This document shows, one piece after another, positions 8,490 to 17,489 of a DNA stretch of 64,000 nt. Made by a program: the position numbers and the translations under genes. The notes below the pieces were generated by a model. That model did no database searches, was not told the DNA's origin, and worked only from the letters and a program-made list of their open reading frames with translations. Each line of letters begins with the position of its first letter. Positions within the stretch are counted from its first letter, which is position 1. The stretch covers positions 1 through 64,000 of the forward strand of contig JBPOGF010000012.1 of NCBI GenBank assembly GCA_051251915.1, in the 5' to 3' direction. This stretch comes from Akkermansiaceae bacterium (GTDB lineage Bacteria; Verrucomicrobiota; Verrucomicrobiia; Verrucomicrobiales; Akkermansiaceae).

Positions 8490-10502
8490 ATGAATCTGAT
8501 TAACGTATTCCCTAAAATAATTCTCTCTATCGCTCTATTTTTCACAGTGATTAGCAGTCAATCCGAAGTCTTGGCTCAGGAAAATGCAGTTAATGAAAAG
8601 CCACTAACCTTGGTTGAAATAAAAGCCTTACTCCAAGCCGAAAATGGGAAATCGCTAGAAGAAAAGAACGCAAATGTGCTCAAGCTATTGGCTAAACGAG
8701 GAACCTCGTTTGGACTCACTATAGACATTAAAATGGAAATTAGAGCAGCAGGAGGTAATGACACATTAGTAGATTCTATAAGAATTGCAACCGCTCTTGA
8801 GATCCTCGATAATGAAAAGAAAGCTATTAAGCCCTCATTTAAAATAGATAGTATTACGACAGATAGTGATGTTACTTATCAGGGGCAAAAAGGAGTATTT
8901 ATCCATGCCTCATTCACCGCAATAAAATTAAAAGACAGTCGCTGCGCTATCGTTCATACATTCAAAACCAGTGCTACTACCAGTATTTTAAAGGATATAG
9001 TAGTGGGGCAAGGTCCAAATTACAAAAACAAATACAGTGAGATGAGACCTAGAAGGTATTTCACTCCTAAAGAAGATTCCCAAGTATACAATAAGTTCAC
9101 GACCTTTGTCCCTTATAGTGAATTCAAACTCGATTCTCCGAAATCGCACACATTATACCTAAGATCTAGCCTCATAATCTTCAACCACTTCCAAACTACA
9201 AACTTCGAGCCAGTTGAGTTCAAAGTCAACCTACCTAAGCAACCTGCGCCAGAGCAGGTTAAATTATCGATAGACTCTGAATATATATCGATTTTGTCAG
9301 AAGAGGTTAAAGATGGGCAGAAGGGAATTCTTATCAAGACGAGGTTAACCGCTCATGATTTGAAGGGGGTTTCCTGCCATGTAGTTTATACGTTCAAAGC
9401 TAGAGATTTTACTGTGGAAGCCAATGACTCAGCAATAAATAAACAATACGGTCAACTAATTGCCAGCACACAATTCACCCCAGAATCACAGATTTTTAAA
9501 ATCGATGAACTTACTACCTTTGTCCCTTACAACCATTTCAAGCTAAAAAAAATCAGATCTTATACCCTTCTCACAACACAAACTTTTATAAGTAAAGGTA
9601 AAGAGCTAGTCAGTGATGCTGAGCCATATTCTACCTCCTTTATGATTCCCAGAACAACAGATGCCAACGCTCCAAAACCGGCAATCGTAAATGATAGAAC
9701 TTGGATAGATCTAGACGTGATTCAAGGTAATGATAAAGGCATTCACATACATACCTCATTTACAGCTAAAAATTTAGCCGGTATAGGCACTGTCATATTC
9801 CATAGAATAAAGGACGGAACAGAGCCCCTCATCGCAACAGGTCGTAAGTATAGCTTCATGGGAAAGCTAGCTCCTAGCCTAGTATTCACTCCAAAAACTA
9901 ACTCTGAGGTCTACGAAAAACTCACCACTTTCGTACCCTACAGCGCATTTCAGTTAGAAAAACCAAAGACCCACATGCTAACTGTATTACCCAAGGTCAT
10001 CATCGCTGGTGAAGACGAAGTCGGAGACTTGAAACCGAGGGCATTCTTAGTAAATCTACCTAAGGATAATGTCACAACCGATGCCGCGGAGCCAAAAGCT
10101 CAGGCTAAAGAAGAAATCGTCATCAATAAAATATGGTACAAACATGACGTGACTGAAAATGGCAAGAAAGGCATGACAGTTCATGTGAAACTCAATGCTA
10201 AAAACCTCAAAGACACACCGATTCTCCTACAGGTCCATTTTAGTAATAAGGATGGAATTCTCAAAGCCAAAACACCTATCTTCTCAACTAAAGCTGGTCA
10301 GACATCTCTAAACCGCAAGATCACTCCAAAGTTTGATGCATCAGAATACGAGGACATTCCCATGTTCATTCCCTACGAAGAGTTTGGCTTAGGTTTTGGC
10401 GCGTTTGTGATTACGATGGAAGCAAAGGTTACCACTTTCAAAGAATCTACTCCACTCAGTGAACCTAATAAGACTGCTTTCATCCTTAATCTAAAGCTAT
10501 AA
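8490..10502 (+). CDS. Secreted hypothetical protein with four ~140-aa internal repeats
   Basis: Signal peptide; four repeats of D.V...G.KG..IH..F.A..LK...FTP.....Y....TFVPY..F.L. Confidence 0.85.
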   Translation: MNLINVFPKIILSIALFFTVISSQSEVLAQENAVNEKPLTLVEIKALLQAENGKSLEEKNANVLKLLAKRGTSFGLTIDIKMEIRAAGGNDTLVDSIRIATALEILDNEKKAIKPSFKIDSITTDSDVTYQGQKGVFIHASFTAIKLKDSRCAIVHTFKTSATTSILKDIVVGQGPNYKNKYSEMRPRRYFTPKEDSQVYNKFTTFVPYSEFKLDSPKSHTLYLRSSLIIFNHFQTTNFEPVEFKVNLPKQPAPEQVKLSIDSEYISILSEEVKDGQKGILIKTRLTAHDLKGVSCHVVYTFKARDFTVEANDSAINKQYGQLIASTQFTPESQIFKIDELTTFVPYNHFKLKKIRSYTLLTTQTFISKGKELVSDAEPYSTSFMIPRTTDANAPKPAIVNDRTWIDLDVIQGNDKGIHIHTSFTAKNLAGIGTVIFHRIKDGTEPLIATGRKYSFMGKLAPSLVFTPKTNSEVYEKLTTFVPYSAFQLEKPKTHMLTVLPKVIIAGEDEVGDLKPRAFLVNLPKDNVTTDAAEPKAQAKEEIVINKIWYKHDVTENGKKGMTVHVKLNAKNLKDTPILLQVHFSNKDGILKAKTPIFSTKAGQTSLNRKITPKFDASEYEDIPMFIPYEEFGLGFGAFVITMEAKVTTFKESTPLSEPNKTAFILNLKL

Positions 10503-10581
10503 CATTAGAAGAATTAGAATTGGAAAGTGAAATAAGTAATAAAAGGGGGCAGCAGAAAAAGGTGAATTCTAAACACTATCT

Positions 10582-10935
10582 CTAAGCCACACCAAAAAAT
10601 TCAGCCCAAAGCTCTTCCTTATAACCATTGATCGCACCGTCTTCGGTAATCACTAATGGACGCTTCACCAAGTTCCCATTTTCACTGAGTAACTTGAGAG
10701 CATCTTCCTCAGAAAGTGTAGGGAGAATATCCTTCATCCCCATACTTCTATAGTCCATTCCTGAACTATTAAATAATTTCTTCACCCCCAGAGCTGCACA
10801 TGCTTGCTCCAGCTCCGCCACACTAGGTGGCTGCTTACGCACTTGGATTGATTCAAACTCAATCCCATGATCAGCTAACCAACGGTTAGCTTTGCGGCAA
10901 TTTCCTCAGCCGCTATAACAATACATTTTTACCAT
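10582..10935 (-). CDS. Spx/MgsR/ArsC-family thioredoxin-fold protein, probable selenoprotein (UxxC), 117 aa
   Basis: ATG 10935 gives MVKMYCYSG-(TGA 10906-10908)-GNCRKANRWLADHGIEFESIQVRKQPPSVAEL...LFNSSG.DYR...LVKRP. The UGA sits at the first Cys of the family CxxCRKA motif. Confidence 0.85.
10873..10891 (-). promoter_or_regulatory. Bacterial SECIS-like hairpin
   Basis: AGCUAACC-GUU-GGUUAGCU perfect 8-bp stem starting 14 nt after the UGA, with G as the first loop base. Confidence 0.7.
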
Positions 10936-10977
10936 CGTAAAAAATACACGTCTCAGTATATTACCGAACTATACTAC

Positions 10978-11301
10978 CTACCCAATTCGGAACGTGATCC
11001 TAGCTTTCGTAGTATCATAAGGAGACATTTCCATTCTCACTCTATCACCTACTACTAATCGGATGAATCGCTTGCGCATCTTACCAGATATGTGAGCCAG
11101 CACTTCATGCCCACTCTGTAGTTCTACCTTGAACATAGTACCAGCCAATACGACTTTCACTATGCCCTCGATCTCAACCGCCTTATCTTCACGATCATCG
11201 ACTACCTTCTTCTTGTAAGGACCTCCCTTTCTTCTGGTTGGTCTTCCTCTTCCGGTGGCACGTTTTCTGGCGCCAGCTCCTTTTTTTGGTCTTCCTGCTA
11301 T
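10978..11301 (-). CDS. infA: Translation initiation factor IF-1 with basic N-terminal extension (probable ATA start)
   Basis: [66 protein letters not shown] lies 5 nt upstream of the ATA at 11301; the alternative is the ATG at 11364. Confidence 0.93.
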   Translation of the reverse strand: MAGRPKKGAGARKRATGRGRPTRRKGGPYKKKVVDDREDKAVEIEGIVKVVLAGTMFKVELQSGHEVLAHISGKMRKRFIRLVVGDRVRMEMSPYDTTKARITFRIG

Positions 11302-11717
11302 AATTACTCCTTGTTTGATTAATGGTTTGTATTCCCTTGTTTCGGGAAACGCGCGTATCATCATGATTTCTCACGCATTCGCAACACTTAATTTACTAGA
11401 AATGAAGGTTTTTCGCCATTTACCTGACCGACGGCAAGTACCAATGACCACCCAAAGAAGCAAAACAACGAATGCCACACGTACTATATAGAGTTCACAC
11501 CCTTTCTAAAATCTCCCATCGCAGAACAAAACAGAACAAAACTATCCCCACCCACTCCTCTCTTCACCCAAGCATCACCCCGTAAATATCAACTTTCACT
11601 TGCTAATTTCCACTAATTATCTAATAAACAACACCGTCACTACTTGCCTGAGATCACACTATAAGCCCTCTCACAGCAAAAAAACATCAGAAATCGGAAA
11701 TTCATCCCAGATTTCGA

Positions 11718-11755
11718 TTGACACTTGCGCATCTACTTCATAGGTTGCGCGCCCC
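11718..11755 (+). promoter_or_regulatory. rplM promoter with GC-rich discriminator
   Basis: TTGACA-17 nt-TAGGTT-GCGCGCCCC. Confidence 0.65.
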
Positions 11756-11837
11756 TTCACCTTGGTTTTGTCACAGCTGACAGCCAGCAACACGGTGATA
11801 CTCAGGGAAAAATCAAAGGAACCAGAAACTTAGTATA

Positions 11838-12269
11838 ATGAAAACATTCTCCGCAAAAGCACAAGACGTAGAACGCAAGTGGCACGTCATCGATGCAGCA
11901 GACAAGATCCTCGGACAAGTAGCTCGCGAAGCCGCTGTTCTCCTCCGTGGAAAGCATAAGCCAATCTTCACACCACACGTTGACACAGGTGACCACGTCA
12001 TCATCATCAACGCTGAACGTGTAGTTCTCTCAGGAAACAAAGAGACACAAAAAATTTACACTCAATACACCGGATACGTCGGCAACCAAAAAGTTGAGAC
12101 TCCTAAGACAATCCGTAGACGTAAGCCTGAACTTCTTCTTGAAAAGGCAGTGCGCGGAATGATCCCACACAACAAGCTAGGTAACGCAATCGTTAAGAAA
12201 CTCAGTGTATACTGCGGTTCTGAGCACCCACACGCGGCACAAAACCCAGAAGCTTTCGAGATCAAGTAA
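11838..12269 (+). CDS. rplM: 50S ribosomal protein L13
   Basis: WHVIDA...LRGKHKPIFTPHVDTGDHVIIINAE. Confidence 0.98.
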   Translation: MKTFSAKAQDVERKWHVIDAADKILGQVAREAAVLLRGKHKPIFTPHVDTGDHVIIINAERVVLSGNKETQKIYTQYTGYVGNQKVETPKTIRRRKPELLLEKAVRGMIPHNKLGNAIVKKLSVYCGSEHPHAAQNPEAFEIK

Positions 12270-12293
12270 TCTTAACACTAATCAAATTTTATC

Positions 12294-12695
12294 ATGAGCG
12301 AAGCTACAACTACAACACCACACGCTACAGGCAGACGCAAGAACGCCGTAGCACACGCATGGCTAACTGAAGGCACAGGCGAGATCACCATCAACAAGCG
12401 TTCTTTCGAGGACTACTTCCCGATGCTCTCTCACCAGAACGCCATCCTTGAGGCATTCCAGATCACTAACCTTCTTAAGAAGTATGACGTAAGAATCGCT
12501 ACCAAAGGTGGCGGTCAGACAGGTCAAGTCGGAGCTATCCGTCTTGCTATCGCACGTTCACTCATCCAGATTGACCCTGAGCTACGCCCAGTCCTTAAGG
12601 CTGCTCTTCTTCTCCGCCGCGACCCTCGCATGAAAGAGCGTAAGAAGTCTGGTCAGCCAGGTGCACGTAAGAACTTCCAGTTCTCTAAGCGTTAA
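12294..12695 (+). CDS. rpsI: 30S ribosomal protein S9
   Basis: ATGRRKNAVA; RDPRMKERKKSGQPGARKNFQFSKR. Confidence 0.98.
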   Translation: MSEATTTTPHATGRRKNAVAHAWLTEGTGEITINKRSFEDYFPMLSHQNAILEAFQITNLLKKYDVRIATKGGGQTGQVGAIRLAIARSLIQIDPELRPVLKAALLLRRDPRMKERKKSGQPGARKNFQFSKR

Positions 12696-12760
12696 TCCGC
12701 TATTACCAGAACGGAGTCACTCCTCAATGAGTCACTCCAACCATCTGGTTCCTACTCTAC

Positions 12761-12796
12761 AAAAAATCCGTATCTTTCGAGATACGGATTTTTTTT
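12761..12796. terminator. Bidirectional intrinsic terminator
   Basis: AAAAAATCCGTATCT-TTCG-AGATACGGATTTTTTTT. Confidence 0.92.
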
Positions 12797-12841
12797 GTTT
12801 ACCTACCGTGTCCTTAGCACGTCCATAGCTTGACCTAAAAC

Positions 12842-13750
12842 CTAAAACTCTTCTCTCTCAAACACAAAGCCTTCCTCAAGTAACTTCTCCGGATAAGCCC
12901 ACATACTATCCAAAATCAGCCCCGTATTCGCCCCCATCAAAACTGATCCAATCTTAAGCATCCACTCATAAGCAGGTAAACCAAAACTTACCCCTACCTG
13001 CTCCCTTACACGTCTCATCATCTCCTCATTCGTCATCGCATTCGGCGCCGCCATATTATACGGCCCACTCGCAGACTCATTCCCTATCATCCACTCCACA
13101 GCCCGACAGTAATCATTCACATCGATCCAGCTCACCATCTGCCCACCATCCCCCATCTTCCCACCCAAATACCTCTTAGCCAGATTCCGCAGAATCATCA
13201 AAACCGTCCCCTCCTCCTCACCCATCGCCAATGAAGTCCTGAGCGCTATCCTCCTCACAGAAGCAGACACATCCGCACCATAAAATGCAGCCTCCCACTT
13301 CTTCCCCACTTCCGCATTAAACGAATCCCCAATCTCCCCTCCACTCTCAGTCTGATACTCCTCCCTCGTAGCCACATAGATCGAAGCTATACTAGCATTC
13401 ATCCACACACTCGGCGGACTATCACAAGCCGCCACCGCCTCACCCAGCACCGCCGTGCTATTCACTCTAGACGATATAAGCAACCGCTTATTCTCATCCG
13501 TCATCCTACAATTCACTGACTTCCCCACCAAATTAATCAACACCTCAGTCCCATCCAGCCTCCCAGCCCACTCCCCTTCTAAAGTCTCACCATCCCACTC
13601 CACAAATTCCACCCCATCCGCCAATCCATCAGCCCTCCTAGCCAAACCCAGCACAGTCCACCCACGTTCCAAAAAATACCTACTCAAATAGCTCCCAATA
13701 AAACCATTTGCCCCAGCTATCATCATCCTTCTCTTCTCATTCATCATCAT
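12842..13750 (-). CDS. TIGR01777-family NAD-dependent epimerase (DUF1731), paralog 2
   Basis: IAGANGFIG Rossmann motif; INLVGKSVNCR, SRVNST, GDGGQMVSWIDVND. Confidence 0.9.
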   Translation of the reverse strand: MMMNEKRRMMIAGANGFIGSYLSRYFLERGWTVLGLARRADGLADGVEFVEWDGETLEGEWAGRLDGTEVLINLVGKSVNCRMTDENKRLLISSRVNSTAVLGEAVAACDSPPSVWMNASIASIYVATREEYQTESGGEIGDSFNAEVGKKWEAAFYGADVSASVRRIALRTSLAMGEEEGTVLMILRNLAKRYLGGKMGDGGQMVSWIDVNDYCRAVEWMIGNESASGPYNMAAPNAMTNEEMMRRVREQVGVSFGLPAYEWMLKIGSVLMGANTGLILDSMWAYPEKLLEEGFVFEREEF

Positions 13751-13769
13751 ATTCTAAGTTACTACATTA

Positions 13770-13815
13770 AATTCCTAATTCCTAATTCCTAATTCCTAAT
13801 TCCTAATTCCTAATT
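13770..13815. repeat. Heptamer tandem repeat (AATTCCT)x6 plus partial
   Basis: Visible directly between the two epimerase paralogs. Confidence 0.95.
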
Positions 13816-14721
13816 CTAAAACCTCACCTTCCCAAACTCAAACCCCTCCTCTAGTAACCTCTCCGGATAAACCCATCTACTCTTCAAAATCAACTCAGTC
13901 TCAGTCCGCATAAAAAACGCCCCAACCTCCAGCATCCACTCATTAGCCGGAAGCCCAAAACTTACCCCCACCTGCTCACGCACCCGCCTCATCATCTCCT
14001 CATTCGTCAGAGCCACCGGCGCCGCAACATTATAAACCCCACGCGCCCCCTCATTTTCTATCATCCACTCCACCACTCGACAAAAATCATTCACATCGAT
14101 CCAGCTAACCATCTGCCCGCCATCCCCCATCTTCCCACCCAGATACTTCCTCGCCAAACCCCGAAGCACCTCCAGCACAGTCCCCTTCTCCTCACCCATC
14201 ACGATGGCAGTTCGTAGAGCTATCTTCCTAACAGAACTATCAATCTCCACCGCATCAAATGCCCCCTCCCAAGCCTTAGCTATCTCCACACTAAACCCCT
14301 CACCTATCACCCCTTCACGCTCAGTATGAGCCTTCTCCCTTGTATCTGCATAAATCGTAGCAGTACTCGCATTCATCCACACCCTAGGCGGATCAGCACA
14401 AGCCCCCACCGCCTCACCCAGCACAGCCGTGCTCTTCACCCGTGACTCCAAGATCTGCCGTTTATTCTCCTCACTATACCTGCAGTTCACCGTCCTCCCC
14501 GCCAGATTAATCAACACATCTACCCTCTCTAACAAATCAGCCCACTCCTCATCCAATGTCTCACCATCCCACCTCACAAACTCCACCCCCACAGCCAACC
14601 CTTTCATCCGCCGAGCCAGACCAAACACACGCCACCCCTTATCCATAAAATACCTACTAAGATACCTCCCCATGAACCCATTCGCCCCCGCTATCATCAT
14701 TGCTTTCTCTTCACTCATCAT
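13816..14721 (-). CDS. TIGR01777-family NAD-dependent epimerase (DUF1731), paralog 1
   Basis: IAGANGFMG; INLAGRTVNCRY; NASTATIY; RTETELILKSRWVYP. Confidence 0.92.
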   Translation of the reverse strand: MMSEEKAMMIAGANGFMGRYLSRYFMDKGWRVFGLARRMKGLAVGVEFVRWDGETLDEEWADLLERVDVLINLAGRTVNCRYSEENKRQILESRVKSTAVLGEAVGACADPPRVWMNASTATIYADTREKAHTEREGVIGEGFSVEIAKAWEGAFDAVEIDSSVRKIALRTAIVMGEEKGTVLEVLRGLARKYLGGKMGDGGQMVSWIDVNDFCRVVEWMIENEGARGVYNVAAPVALTNEEMMRRVREQVGVSFGLPANEWMLEVGAFFMRTETELILKSRWVYPERLLEEGFEFGKVRF

Positions 14722-15626
14722 TTCTCTCTTATCGTTAAATATTCCATCACATCCCTACTAGGCAAAATAACATCATCCACAAACTTCTCACCAAATAAAT
14801 AAGGCACACCCAAAACCAACATCATCCCACACACCACCGCCATCACCCTACTATCACCCCTCTCAAAAAAACACACCACCCCATGCACCACAAAAAACAA
14901 CGTCGGCCACCCATACCCACCACCCACAGGCACCGTAATCGCCAACTCATGTAACAACCCACTCACCACAAAAACCGCAAACAAACTCCCTCGCTCACCC
15001 AACAACCCCACCAACGGCCGCTTCACCGCCCGCGCCATCATCTGTGAATACGCCAGATTCCACCTCCTACCCCAGAAATCCTGAAACCCACGCATCACCA
15101 ACGGATTCCTAAACAACACCCGAACCGGAAACCCCATCATCCGCCAAAACCCCGTCAACAACCGCAACACCCCAAAGTGAAACCCCGCACTCATAAACAC
15201 AAACAACAACAACACACTCCTAACATCTAGCAAATAGCAAACCCACACCCCCATCAACCCAACCACCAAACAAGCACTCCCCACCACCACATGACTCCTC
15301 CACTCCACCCTCCTCCTTGCCACAAACGCCCCCGGATCCATCCCAAACCACAAACAACTAAACATCAACCACCGACCCCAAGGCAACCGCCTCCCCCCCA
15401 CCACACACCACTCCCGATAAGTTATCGCCTTCATCCCCGCCATCAACACACTACAAATCCACACCATCCGCATAAACCCACCCTCATCAAGTGCCACCCA
15501 ATGCATCAACACCAACGCCCCCAACAACATCCCCCAAACCCCTCCCCTACAAAACTTACCCCCAAGCACCCCCGCCAGCAAAATCTGACCACCAACCAAT
15601 CCCAAAAACGTAAGCCAAATAACCAT
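14718..15626 (-). CDS. MBOAT-2 / wax synthase family membrane-bound O-acyltransferase
   Basis: FQDFWGRRWN and FVVSGLLHELAIT motifs. Start chosen at the TGATG overlap with the upstream gene. Confidence 0.85.
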   Translation of the reverse strand: MVIWLTFLGLVGGQILLAGVLGGKFCRGGVWGMLLGALVLMHWVALDEGGFMRMVWICSVLMAGMKAITYREWCVVGGRRLPWGRWLMFSCLWFGMDPGAFVARRRVEWRSHVVVGSACLVVGLMGVWVCYLLDVRSVLLLFVFMSAGFHFGVLRLLTGFWRMMGFPVRVLFRNPLVMRGFQDFWGRRWNLAYSQMMARAVKRPLVGLLGERGSLFAVFVVSGLLHELAITVPVGGGYGWPTLFFVVHGVVCFFERGDSRVMAVVCGMMLVLGVPYLFGEKFVDDVILPSRDVMEYLTIREK

Positions 15627-16060
15627 CACACCAAATCCCCCCATACCACCAACAACGCCCATCCATAAACACCCGCCAAAAATCCAAACAACATCACCAA
15701 CCCAACCTCCGCCACCCGATTAAACACACTCTCCGGCAACCCTGTCTTATCAAAATAAAAAAACTGAATCAAAATCCGCGCAAACCACCACCCAAATATC
15801 AACAAGCACAACGCCGTCATCACAAACCCACCACCCAACAACTCCTCAGTAGCAAACAAACTCACCACCCCAAAGAACACATGCATCACAGAAATATAAA
15901 CCGCATACGTCCAAAACATCTGCCTCAGCAAAGGCTGCAACCCAGCCAACCCACCCTTCCAATCCAGGCACCTCGGAATAGCAACACTAGCCAGGACCAG
16001 AACCAATTGCCCAATCCCCGCCAGCTTCAATGCCACTGTTAATGTTAAATAATCACTCAC
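15626..16060 (-). CDS. Conserved 4-TM membrane protein
   Basis: Hydrophobic; LLRQMFWTYAVYI and WFARILIQFFYFD motifs; translationally coupled within the operon. Confidence 0.75.
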   Translation of the reverse strand: MSDYLTLTVALKLAGIGQLVLVLASVAIPRCLDWKGGLAGLQPLLRQMFWTYAVYISVMHVFFGVVSLFATEELLGGGFVMTALCLLIFGWWFARILIQFFYFDKTGLPESVFNRVAEVGLVMLFGFLAGVYGWALLVVWGDLV

Positions 16061-16072
16061 AGTAAATTCCCC

Positions 16073-16453
16073 CTAGTGACTAGTCACCCTCTTATCCCAG
16101 TTACCACCACCTTCAGGCTTCCGCCCTATCCTAGTAAACAAATACAAATTAAAGAAATGCATCGCTCCTAACATCAGCATCACAAACCCCACCTTCTTAC
16201 TAAGTAACTCTAGCACACCTCGTAATCCAGCCACATCTGCATCCGTCTGCAAGTAAAGACTCACAAACCCCAGATTGATGAGATAGAACCCCACCAGCAA
16301 CAGCTTATTCACACTGTCAGCCAGCTCCTCATTCCCCTTAAAACACTCCACCAAGAACACCCTACCATTCTGATAAAGGCTCCTAGCCACATACATAGTC
16401 AACGGCACAGCCACTGCTAAATAACTAATATAACTCCATTCAATTGCTTTCAT
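16073..16453 (-). CDS. Conserved integral membrane protein
   Basis: NGRVFL.ECF.GNEELADSVNKLLLVGFYLINLG...KVG...L.LGAMHFFN. Confidence 0.8.
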   Translation of the reverse strand: MKAIEWSYISYLAVAVPLTMYVARSLYQNGRVFLVECFKGNEELADSVNKLLLVGFYLINLGFVSLYLQTDADVAGLRGVLELLSKKVGFVMLMLGAMHFFNLYLFTRIGRKPEGGGNWDKRVTSH

Positions 16454-16470
16454 TGTTTTTATTCTTTCTA

Positions 16471-16875
16471 TTATTTTATGGTTAAAAAAGTGAACACCAC
16501 CGCCAGATAAGCAAAGGCCGTGAAAAATAGGACATTAAATACAGGGTACTTTTTCTTAATCTCCTTATCATAGAAAAACACCTGCACCACCACCCGACTC
16601 CCCCAAAACAAAGCCATAAACAAATTCACCCCAAACGCCACCCCCTCACCAACCCTCAACTCAGCAGTATAAAAAACACACGCCAACAACATCCCAAACA
16701 TCGTCAATACCGTATAACCACAATGCACCCTAAACACCTCCGCAATAAACGGCTCCATCTTCACCAAGTTCCTCTCATAACCCAGCTTCTTCGGCGCTAT
16801 AAAGTTCGCAACAATAATCATTCCCAACACAAACCCCGCCCAATAAATACTAAAATCAACAAAATCCACACTCAT
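16471..16875 (-). CDS. 4-TM membrane protein, paralog-like to 15626-16060
   Basis: FWGSRVVVQVFFYD resembles WFARILIQFFYFD. Confidence 0.75.
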   Translation of the reverse strand: MSVDFVDFSIYWAGFVLGMIIVANFIAPKKLGYERNLVKMEPFIAEVFRVHCGYTVLTMFGMLLACVFYTAELRVGEGVAFGVNLFMALFWGSRVVVQVFFYDKEIKKKYPVFNVLFFTAFAYLAVVFTFLTIK

Positions 16876-17351
16876 TACTCACACCCTCCCTCACAACCTA
16901 TTTTAGTGACTTCTGCTTCCTTCTCCAACTCCGCAGCGATCTCCGCATTCTTCCTCCTAAAAAACAACCTACTCACCCCCAACCGATTCCTACTCACCAA
17001 ATAACAAACCTTCTTCGCCAAAGGCAACAACACACACCCATTCATCTTCTCCGCCAGATCCCGATACTTCCCACAGCTCCACAAACAACAAACCCACCCC
17101 TCCCCACCCACATAAACCTCACACTCCCCATCCCCCTGCTCCATCCGCACCACAATCTCCTTCTCAGGCTCATAATCCCCAATCCCAGGAAACACATCCC
17201 TAGCCTCCTCACCCCGATAATCCAAACAAACCAACTCACACCCCCGCTCCTGCCTCTCCAACCACCCCATAAACGTCCTACACATCCCACACCCCCCATC
17301 ATAAAACACCTCCACCTTCTTCACCCCCTTATCTAAATTAACTTTTTTCAT
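16875..17351 (-). CDS. DCC1-like thiol-disulfide oxidoreductase (DUF393)
   Basis: VFYDGGCGMCR (DxxCxxC) motif; YLVSRNR. Confidence 0.88.
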   Translation of the reverse strand: MKKVNLDKGVKKVEVFYDGGCGMCRTFMGWLERQERGCELVCLDYRGEEARDVFPGIGDYEPEKEIVVRMEQGDGECEVYVGGEGWVCCLWSCGKYRDLAEKMNGCVLLPLAKKVCYLVSRNRLGVSRLFFRRKNAEIAAELEKEAEVTKIGCEGGCE

Positions 17352-17370
17352 AGCTTTTCTCTTTCGTTGT

Positions 17371-17388
17371 TTTCAGTAATAACTGAAA
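17371..17388. promoter_or_regulatory. Palindromic operator upstream of the DUF393 operon
   Basis: TTTCAGT-AATA-ACTGAAA perfect 7-4-7 inverted repeat, 20 nt upstream of the start. Confidence 0.7.
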
Positions 17389-17431
17389 CTTCGATACAGT
17401 CAATAATTTATTACACTTATCTCAAAAAAAT

Positions 17432-17468
17432 AAAAACCCAGCCCCCGGACAAATCCAGAAGCTGGGTA
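17432..17468 (-). terminator. clpB terminator
   Basis: ACCCAGC...GCTGGGT stem followed by T-tract on the minus strand. Confidence 0.65.
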
Positions 17469-17489
17469 AATACCTACAAGTCTATCCCC

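Noticed and set aside
1551..10908. Genome-wide TGA reassignment (code 4 or 25) suggested by two in-frame TGAs
   Set aside because: TGA terminates genes at overlaps 14718, 15626 and 25210, and the two cases align to different residues (Trp versus Cys).
11756..11837. Possible L13/S9 autoregulatory leader RNA
   Set aside because: Only a small TGTCA-CAGC-TGACA hairpin is evident, which is insufficient without covariation data.
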